This document shows positions 50,109 through 64,000 of a stretch of DNA of 64,000 nucleotides, in pieces. The stretch comes from the human T2T-CHM13v2.0 reference genome, Homo sapiens: the NCBI RefSeq assembly GCF_009914755.1, contig NC_060933.1; one strand, given 5' to 3'. How positions within the stretch are numbered: the stretch's first letter is position 1; each line of letters begins with the position of its first letter. Below the pieces are notes generated by a model. It was not told where the DNA came from and searched no databases. It was given only the letters and a program-made list of their open reading frames with translations. The position numbers and the translations under genes are program-made.

Positions 50109-50864
50109 TAGATCTCTTATGGTAGAATGGCCTGGTACCTAATCACCCTTGTTTTCTGAAACCTTAACTCTGCTATATAATTTAACATATGGAACCACAA
50201 TCCACTAAAACTTGCATTGTTCGAACACCTTACCTTATATTTAAAGACATTTTAATTTTTTGGTGGCCAGCCTACTTTAAGATTTCAGATTTTATGTTTA
50301 GCCATTTATCTTGATACAGGTGTATCATTATTACAGGATCATTGTGTGGATGAGGCCTCAGCCAAAGATCACATATACTGTAAAGATGATGCATATCACT
50401 TACATGTTTGTATTTTGTTACACATTGAATGATCAGGAATACCACAAGAATGGATTTGGGTATATCATAAATAGTAGCTGAAAAACACTCTGGTTGGCTG
50501 AAATATGTGCCTCAGAATGTAAGTTTTCAAGACCATTAGATAAGGATTTGATGCTCATAAAATAGAGAGTAGAAAAGGTGGAAACTTCAGTATGGTTTTT
50601 CAGTATGTGAAATATAAATAGAACATTTCAGAAAACTTACCTCTATTTAATTTGGCAAATGAAAGTTTAACTGCATTAACACAAGGTAAGTGTTTTTAGT
50701 TTATATTTCCAAGTGTTTCGCATGGCTTTTTAACAGCTTTGAGATGTAATTTATATACCATATGTCATTTTTTTACTTTTCATATGGGTTAAACACTTGA
50801 GTCACCAAATGTGGGTTCAGATGTGTGGTTTACTGGTCAGCACGATGGATATATGGTAATTTGT

Positions 50865-52202
<1,338 letters not shown>

Positions 52203-53033
52203 TGAGTGGGTTCATTGTCAAGGCCAGCTGTAGGCTGCCCGAGCTGTTGCTTGCATGCTTTTCTCCTGAACTGTTTCCAGCATGAGTGGGCTGGGTAAAC
52301 ATCATGTGGTCTTGCTCCCTGGATCACACTGCCAGCGTTTCCTTGAGGCCCAACTTCGGACATCCTTTACCCACCCTGGACTTTTCCTGGGGTGGAGGCA
52401 TCTGTGAGGCATACACTTGCAGACAGAAAGCAGGGCTAATTGCAGTCAGTCGTCATCTTTCTACATATTTCATTTCTATTTATAGAACAGTAAGATCCAG
52501 GGAGCAGCATCCAAGAATTTTTTTTTTAAGTTAGCATATGTTTTTAAAAGAAACCTATCTGAGCCAAGGTCAGCATTCCTTTCAGTTATGAAACTGTATG
52601 TTATGCTCTGATGTGGAATGCAGGCGGCCACTATTTTTAAACATAAAAATAACCGCACTTGTCATCTCGCAGTCTAAGAAATTCAGAGCAAACAGCAAAG
52701 AGTTTGTGGTTGCCTTAGTGATCATGAATGGTACAACATAGGACACAAGTATTTCTATGGCAATGGTTAATGTGACACCATGGCCAAGAATGACATATTC
52801 TCATGTGTCGAAGTTATGTGCACATTCTTTCATAGGCCAGACTAACCCCCTGGTTGACAGCTGTCTTTTTTATTAGTGCATTGAGAAAATGTAGGATCCC
52901 CTAAGGATACCGAAATGCACAGATACTCAAGTCCCTTATGTAAAATGGTGTAGTATTTGCATATAAACTATGCATATACTTTAAATTCTGCCATATATTT
53001 TAAATCATTTCTATATCATAATACCTAATACAG

Positions 53034-53580
<547 letters not shown>

Positions 53581-53744
53581 TCAAAAACTTAACACAATGT
53601 AAATGCTATATAAATAGTTGTTATACTGTATTGTTTTGTATTACATATTTTTTAAATATTTTCACTCTGCCAGTGGTTGAATCTATGGAAATGGAACCTG
53701 TAGATACAGAGGGCCAGCTGTACTAAATAAAATTGCTGGTCAAG

Positions 53745-54032
53745 TCCAGGCACAGTGGCTCACACCTGTAATCCCAGCACTTTGAGAGGCCAAGGCAGTG
53801 GATCACTTGAGCCCAGGAGTTCAGTTTGAGACCAGCCTGGGCAACATGGCAAAACCCTGTCTCTACAAAAATTAGCCAGGTATGATGGCATGTACCCATG
53901 GTCCTAGCTACTTGGGAGGCTGAGGCAAGAAGATAGCTGGAGGCCCAGGAAGTTCAGGCTGCAGTGCTCCATCATCATGCCACTGCACTCCAGCCTGGGA
54001 GACAGAGTGACACCCTCTCAAAAAAAAAAAAA
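53745..54032 (+). mobile_element. AluJ
   Basis: Alu consensus. Confidence 0.92.
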
Positions 54033-55229
54033 ATTCCTAGTCAAGGGGAAACATAGAACTACATATTGAAATTCTTGGATTTGTATTCATGAAAATACCT
54101 GGCTATACCCTGGTCACTAGTAAAACCATAAAATCTCACTGCAGGGTCAGTATTTCCCATCAGGTTTAACCTAAACTTAAAACTGGTGCCTTACAACCCC
54201 AGATTTTATAGCCATAGTACACTTTTCTTTCACTGTTCTCAAAATACTAGGTTACGTGGCCTTTGGGAAGGATTCTGTTTTCCTGCATCCTCCAAATTGC
54301 CGAGCATGGTGTCATCCACACACACTGTGATGGGTACATCTTTTTAACTGAATTTTCATTTGGTGTGAAAGTGTTTAAAGTATTGTGTTGTGAAAAGTAG
54401 TGGACGAGTAAACACAATGCCAGGGCTAGATAATCATGTCAGGACACCAGTTATTTAGCAGTAATAGAATTAGAATGACCAGAAGACATAATTTCCCTTC
54501 TTTCAGTGTGACAACTCCAGAGAAACAGGAATGTGAATATATACAGAAAAAAAAGGACACTCTTCAAGTGACCCAAAATGTGATTGAAATGGTTAAAACT
54601 AAATAATCAGTAGCAGGATGATAAAGAGATGGAAGCTCTATAATCCCAACTCTACCTTTTCTACAGAAAGAGGACTTCTTGGGTTCTGGTGCTTCTGACA
54701 TAGGCTGTCTTTCTTTGATATATTTTTAAAGTTTTAAAGAGTAAGCACAGCAGAAATGAATATTAAACTCATATGAAGGCCCATTGAAAAGACACTGTAG
54801 TCATCCTCATCACCAGTACTGACTGCTCAGTCTCCACTGAGCTTCATGTGACCCAGGGTTGAGTTGATCATCCACAAAGCAAGTGCCTTCTTCATGTGTC
54901 CACAGCCTAAGGAAGTCAGAGTGGAGCTGATGAGAGAATGAAATTAGTTCCAGACGGGCTTCCCTTTTATTTTCCCTTTCCGTGGTTGAACAGTTGTATT
55001 TGGGATTGGGGTGGGAATTGGGTTGGCTATACACGTACGGTCTCCCAACCTAGTGCTGTGCTGAGGAGTTGAAGGAGGTGAGTTTGGTCTGGATAGGAAG
55101 GAAGCAGCATAATTCAGTGTAGGCTAGTTAATTTCTTCCTAATTTCTATGAAAATTGTTTGCAAGGCCAGTATGATTACATCATATTAATAGCTTAATGA
55201 ATGGAGCCAAGCCTGAGTGTTTATTCTCA

Positions 55230-55370
55230 TCACAGAAACTATGAAAGCATGGTATTATCCAGTTTTTCAGATGAGGAAACGGAAGCAGAATAACTTCCCT
55301 CGGGTCATAAAGCTTTTAGGTAGCAGAGCCTGCATTTGAAACTCAGTGGTCTGGCTCCAGAGCCTCTGCT
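55230..55370. mobile_element. MIR
   Basis: tttttcagatgaggaaacggaagcaga...gtagcagagcctgcatttgaaactcag. Confidence 0.7.
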
Positions 55371-55486
55371 TCTGCATGGTGCTGTCTGGTCTCCTTTATA
55401 GACATTAGAATCTACACGTCATTTAAAATCAGGAGAAATGTCCCAGTTTGGTGTTTGAAGCTTCTCTTAGGGCTGTTGGTTTTTGA

Positions 55487-55858
<372 letters not shown>

Positions 55859-58069
55859 TAACAGTACTTGGGTTGTGACTCATCTCAGAGAACCTGGTTG
55901 AGCCACTCCTGAATTCTCTGACCATGCTAAAATCCTTTTTATTGCTTTTCCACATGACATGGCAAGAATTTTCTTGAGTCATTCATAAGAGGCTTGAAGT
56001 TTAAACAAAACTGGGTGACACAGATTCTAGATCTGTTTTTGAAAGGAGGTTTTGAGGATCTTCTTGCTGCAGTTCAGCTGCATTCAAAAGTGAGAGGTGT
56101 ATGCCTGGTAAGAAGCATGTCTCACGTTCCCTCCTGAGCTGAATCATGCGGGCTTGGCCGGTTTGCACTCAGGAGGCAGAGTGCTGCTTACAGGCCCAGG
56201 GTCACAGCCTTGGTGCGTGTGGACCACTTGATTTGACCTTACTCCATGACTGCTGTCCTTGTAGAAGTGTGTGGTTAGTCAAGATGGGGACTAAGCAAAG
56301 CCACCTTAACAGATGGTCAAATGATCACCATTCTCACCAAAATATACTGTTATTGGGGAAACAGCATAGAGCAAAGGGCATGTTATTCTTGTCTCTCAAC
56401 CATAATAGAATAGTAGAAACTTGTTATCCCAGAATAGAGCCAGTGGACATCTTAGACATGAAGTGAGGGAGGGGCACATACACAGATGGTACCCTCAAGA
56501 AACTGTGAGCTTTCAACTTCTTGTTCAAATGGAGCAGCCTGATGCCACATAGACCCCAAGTCTTTTAATTTTTGTAATACATATTTTTATTTCTAGTATG
56601 TGACAGAGAAGTCAGAGTATCTCAGTCTGATTAATGAGGATGTAGTGTGAACCTTAGAATATGCAATCATACTGTCCAATTTTCTGAAATTCTGTCTTCA
56701 TCCACTGTCCAATCTCTTCTGCTCTGTTTTGGGAACTTGGAATTGATGCAGAGAAGAAAGCCAAGCAGATTTATCCTTCCTTTCTTTTATAAGTGTGTTT
56801 GTTCCCTCTTTTTGGAGCCATGTTAGGGTATAACTGCTTCCATCTTACAGGAAGGAATTTCAAGCCCCTCCTCTTCAGGCTTTCTAGACTATAAACAGAG
56901 CTGGTGATACAGTCAGCCAGAGTGATTGTTTAAACAGAAGTAGATAATATCCAGGGAAGCTGAAAACAAGATTTCACTATCACTCCTGACAGGAACAGCT
57001 TAGTATACCCTTAGAAGTTGATAAAACATCTTGGCAAATTAAATAATTTTAATTCCATTGCTGGATGGTTTGGGTTAATCACTTATCTTAATGGTTACTG
57101 CTCCCCCTTCTAGGCTGAGATTCTGGCTCCATAAGGTGTAGATCTAGGATGCTTCAGCATCTATGCAGAGCAGAGTCCGCAAAGTCCGAGGTGCTAAGGA
57201 GCCCCGAAGCGCAGACGAATTCACCTGCTTCTCCTCCACAGGGCCTTTTATTTTCTGCATTAAAAACACCCACTTTTAAAAACATGTCCTTAGTATGGAG
57301 TTGTTTGGGATCTTAAGGTAAATGTTCATGGTACCTTTTATTTTCCTTTATGATAGAAACATTCTGAACATTTTAACTTCATATTTGGTCCCACATAAAA
57401 GCTGCTTTCTAACACTCACCATTCCGGTCATTTCAGAGAAAGTGCCGAAGGAAGTTTTAAATGCCCGAAGGATAATTTTATCCCTGAAGACTCCTTAAGA
57501 ATTACAAGAATAGAAAAGGTCTGGTTCATCGATTCTGTTAAGGGGACTTAACTGCATTTGTTCTCGACCATAAATTCTGGAGCTGGATGTTATATGATTG
57601 GAATTCTGCTTTTCAGGACCCCCGACAGGCCAGAGTAGTAAATTCAGAGTCTCAGAATGAGTAATGTTTGGATAAGTAGGTACCACCCTGTCCAACGTTC
57701 CATACGTAAGCGTTTGCAAACACTTCGTTCATGAATAGCTCACTACCTGCTTCACTTTCCTAAACACAGCTGAGTGCCTAGATTCCAAAAATCGTTTATT
57801 CTCAAGAGCAACCAGTAGAACAACCACCCTGACTTCCAAGCCATTGCATTTCAGCCACCAGTTGCAAACAAGATACGCTGTGGAAGCTTACCGTTGTTTC
57901 TCTTGCTTCAGGTGTCGTGAAATAGGGGGAAAAAAAGTTTTTGGTTTAGTATGAAAACATCTCTCACATTTCCTTCTAAGTCACTCTTGGTCTCCAGCCA
58001 CCTGGTACCATTTCACTGGGCTCCTGTAAACACCATCCCTTCAGTGGCTTCGTAAGCGGCTGCTATTAG

Positions 58070-58378
<309 letters not shown>

Positions 58379-58640
58379 TGAGTCCATACACTGCCTGGCA
58401 CTCCTTGCTGACCAAACATACCAGGGAAATATGGGCTTAAATTTCACACTGGAAACTTCTCCCTCCTTTGCCTTGCCTTTTGTCCATTTGCATAGTTTGC
58501 ATGGAAATACTGTTAGTTCCCCTACATATAAATGATTGGGCATCCCCATCAGATGCTCAGTGACTGTTGCTTCCTGTCTCTGTGTTGTAGTGTCTTCATA
58601 GCAAACAGTGTCCCAGGTCCAGATGTGTTCACAGCTTGAC

Positions 58641-59226
<586 letters not shown>

Positions 59227-59511
59227 ACAGCTTGACTTTTAACCACCACCTGAACTTCCAGCCCCTTACTCTACTGAGACATCCTCCACGCTAAAATGAA
59301 GTTGGCTCCTTACTTTATGCCCTTCCTTTGCTCATAGCTCATGGGAAGCTGGTTTCTCCCTGCTTGCCACCACCTGCCCCAAGTAGTTCCATCGCCAGTT
59401 CTTTCCCTTCTGTCACCACACTCTTCCCCCTTTCCCTAGCACAGCCCCACTAGAGGCCACCACTGCCAGCTCAGTACGTACTTCTGAAGTCCTTGTCATC
59501 TCTTCCCATAG

Positions 59512-59904
<393 letters not shown>

Positions 59905-60885
59905 TAAACTAGTACCCAAAGCAGAATAAATAGGCCCTACCCCAAAAAGTCATGAAATGAAAAAGTGATTTAACGGGCATGTCCAAGAGCCCCTCTACTA
60001 AAGGGAAATCAATGGATTTGCACTGCAGAATCAAATTCAGTGTAGGTGACTTCTGACAGGTGCACTTGGAAATCTGGATTATCATTAGAGGCTGGGGTTA
60101 CACGGTGACTAAAACCAGTTCCTACTATAGTGAACCTTTTCCACCCAAAGTGAACACACTGACCCATCAAAGTGAGTAGCTTGTGACACAGCATATGCCA
60201 GAGCCTGCAGAGTAGCTTGACTTCTTGAAGCGTTTTCCCATTTCTGCTTAGTCTGTCCCATCAACACCACTCTGCTCTCTTCTCCCAGTTCCCAGGCTGT
60301 CCACATTTCCAGATAACTCCTTGACCGGGAAACTCAACCAAAGGGGGTACTTCTGCGTGTCTCTAGGCCAAAGGACAGGAGTGGTGATAGGTAGAAGGTA
60401 GGAACTGGCATGTAGGCAGTGAGATGGTGTAAAGGTCACAGAGGTCGGGTTGGCTTGGTTCCGTTTTTGAAAGTTTATCTCTGTGGATCACAGGTTTGGA
60501 TCAGAGCTTCTTTAGCTCAAAACACCAAAAAGTTAGGAAAATATCCTTTGTAGGTCAGATTCTTCTGGGCCCAAGCCAGTAGGGAGAAAAACCAGCGGAG
60601 TTTTTCACTGGTATGAGGGACTGACTAGCTTCACACTCAGCCATCTCCACAGGAGCACACGGAAGCTGCAGCTGTAGCAGATTCCCTTCTTCCCCTCTGT
60701 GGGAGGGAGAGCTTCTGACCGACTTCTTTCTTCCAGAAGAGTTTGTTAGCTGTGCTGTGGTTTTTGTTTGATTTTACTTCTATTATCTTTCAAAGCTTTT
60801 GAGGGGAAGGATCATAAGATTAAACCAAAGAGAACTGTGTCCTGCTGCTGCTGCTGACCAGAGGGAAATCCGTATTTCAAGACTA

Positions 60886-61168
<283 letters not shown>

Positions 61169-61762
61169 CACACTAGACAGAAGACAAGTTGTGTTGTTCT
61201 TTCCCTTGATACTCCTTTATATCCATTTAAATCCCTGAAATTTAATGGAAATCAAGCAGTTAAGTGAAGCTTTTTTCACCCATATGTAGTGTTTCCCCTC
61301 TTATTTCCAGAAGTTGGATCTGTGCAACCCACTGGGATTGCGTGCTTACACACAGATGTTACTTGTAGCCTTAAACCGAGGTGGTTTAGGGTTTTAGGAT
61401 CACAGTGCCCTCTCTAAGAGGAAAGGTAAAAGATCTTTGGCAAATTGCAGAGTCTCTAAACACACACTACTGCTGCTTGCCTGGTCATTCATAATTAATT
61501 AATTAGAAGAAAAAAAAACTTTCTATCCCCATCTTCTGCTTCCCCCTCCTGGTGGGCAGAATGGTTGAGTAAGATAATCCTCTTAACTGGGACCTCTGGA
61601 GGGTGGAGGCTTGCCTCATTCATCTTCACATCCTCAGGCCTTCACCCTTAGAGGTCCCAAAAAAGTTTCCCAGAAGACCGAACGAGTAGGGATATTTGGG
61701 GAACCTTGCCAATTATTGGAGGGTGTTTTGTTCTGTTACCTTTCGGTTGTCTGGAGGTTTGA

Positions 61763-61996
<234 letters not shown>

Positions 61997-62483
61997 TGAT
62001 TCAGAAAATGGAAGTTTTAGTCTGGAGCTTAAGAGTTCATCCTTTCCGCCTCCACCCCGCAAAAAGCAGGAGAACTAATGTTTTAGCAGAGGCTGGACCT
62101 TGCTTGTCCTTGCAAGACATATGCTCACAGCTTCCCATAGAGGTTTTGATTCTGTGCAGAATTATCCAGATAGCAGCCCCTGAGCCCATGGGGATATTTC
62201 GCCATGGTTCTGGCATTGTTCCTGAAGCAGATGGCAGGCAGCCTGTAGTCCACAGTTCACTCTGAGTGGGAAGGTGACTTCCCAGGACAGCCGGACATAG
62301 CACTGCTGAGCCCAGCTGGCCTTGGAGCTGTGGACACCTGTTCCCTGTTCTCAGCCAGAGCTCTCCTGGCTCGGGCTCACAGCTGCTTGTTGCCTGTGGT
62401 GGGCCAAGATCCTATGTCACAGGGTACACATCTGCCTGAGGTCACTTATTAACCCCCAGTTTTTTTCCTTTCCTGGTCTCTAG

Positions 62484-62546
62484 GGCACCCCTAGGCTTGG
62501 AAGGAAGACGTCTCCTGGCCCCACCCACCGAGGTTCATTTGATTGA
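62484..62546 (+). CDS. KANK1: KANK1 terminal coding segment (GTPRLGRKTSPGPTHRGSFD*)
   Basis: tttcctggtctctag|GGC ACC; TGA at 62544-62546. Confidence 0.95.
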   Translation, partial: GTPRLGRKTSPGPTHRGSFD

Positions 62547-63420
62547 TTGTATGCAAATAGCCCTTTATTTACATGCCACTATTAAGCTGCTAATTGTTCC
62601 TGTTGGGGTGACAGATACTGAATGTATACGTATTGTGCCTGAGCTCACCAGCAAACAGAAGCATCAAGCCCAGGGGTAAAGGCTGAAGCTTTCACAGTGC
62701 AGAGACTGCTAGCCTGGGCACACGCACCTCCTTTCTGGCCGTCTTCTGTGTAGGGCACACTTTAACCCAGTCTCTGTTGCTGTTGAGTCTCTGCTCCGTT
62801 TTGTACAGTCACAGGGAATTCTGATCTGAAGGGGCACCTTCTGTTCACTCCCACAAAGTGGTGTCTGGTTCTCACTGAGACGTTTTAAGATTTTTCCACA
62901 AATATTTATATGTACTAAATGTGGAACCATTAGAAAGTTCTTCCAAAATCTCATTCCAGCATAGTTTTGGATTTTTCTTTTGTCTTATTTTAAAATAAGG
63001 AAGTCGAGATGACTTTGATCATTGGTAACTTGGGCCTGGGCCAGACAAAGTATAAAACTTACAAAAGAATATTCTCATTTGGTCTTAACTAGGTAGATGT
63101 AATATATGACTTTTTATAAAAAGGGTATCTATATGAACTTGACACAGTATTTTCAGCTTTTGTATTCCATACTAAAGCCATGAAGAACTACACGTAACAT
63201 CATCATTTGTATTAATTGCACAACTCCAATGCTAAAGGTTGGATTGTGTTAGAGGAATCGGCTCTGTATTTGCCTCTAGAGAAACACAGTGTTCTCTTTG
63301 TATTTATGGATTCCTTTTTACCGTGTCACATTTACTTTGGTCCTCTATGTATTTAAATGTTTGAAGTGCCTTAGACTCTTGCCATATTTTCAAAATAAAA
63401 TTCCATTAAGCTCTTTTCCT
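62547..63420 (+). other. KANK1: KANK1 3' UTR
   Basis: Repeat-free, increasingly AU-rich sequence between the stop and the poly(A) signal; 3' end approximate. Confidence 0.85.
63394..63399 (+). terminator. Polyadenylation signal AATAAA
   Basis: Canonical hexamer with upstream TGTA elements and a downstream T/GT-rich tract (63412-63432). Confidence 0.85.
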
Positions 63421-63770
63421 TGTCCCTGTTTCATCTCTGATAGCTGTCCGCCCCGAGCCGATTGACTTACGGCAGTGGCAGCACACGCTGATGGATTGAG
63501 CTGAGCAGGGAGGGTGAGTGCGCCAGTTGGCTCCGACAGGGAGACAGCATCTTCCGAGGGCGCTTGTCCACTTGCACAGCTTGGCTCCTGACTCAGATTG
63601 CAAGTCGGGAGGCTGAAGTTTGAGGCCTCCTTAGACAAAGCGCTCTTCCGATGGGTAGCCGGAGATGCTTCTTCTCAGGTGCAGAAGCACTAGTCCTTGA
63701 CTCTGAGTACAACTGCTGGGTGACTAGGTGATACGTGTAGTGACAAGAAAGGAGAGATGAAGCCGGACAC

Positions 63771-64000
<230 letters not shown>

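Overview
Human (or very close great-ape) genomic DNA containing most of KANK1 (KN motif and ankyrin repeat domains 1, 9p24.3) on the + strand. Ten coding exons can be placed exactly from GT-AG sites and frame continuity: 28110-30770, 47373-47570, 48480-48588, 49700-49939, 52070-52157, 55607-55826, 58107-58249, 59512-59712, 61802-61900 and 62484-62546 (TGA). The 3' UTR runs to AATAAA at 63394. The exon carrying the long-isoform start lies upstream of the window; residue numbers below assume the recalled 1352-aa long isoform. Introns are dense in Alu, with L1/L2/MIR, MER DNA transposons and two ERV1-type LTR remnants. The most unusual segment is 24.5-31.9 kb. (i) An internal CpG-island exon is stop-free from a strong-context GTG and, via a phase-1 donor, is in frame with the KANK1 CDS. 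(ii) Directly behind it is a 12 x 57-bp VNTR that continues the same frame, has only synonymous unit variants in that frame, and carries Smad-box-like motifs. (iii) The 2661-nt symmetric exon is bracketed by inverted Alus, and its circle would be a stop-less ORF. (iv) That exon encodes about 20 degenerate LC8-like motifs. These are sequence-derived hypotheses, not demonstrated functions. No prokaryotic-type system, CRISPR array, tRNA or rRNA is visible.
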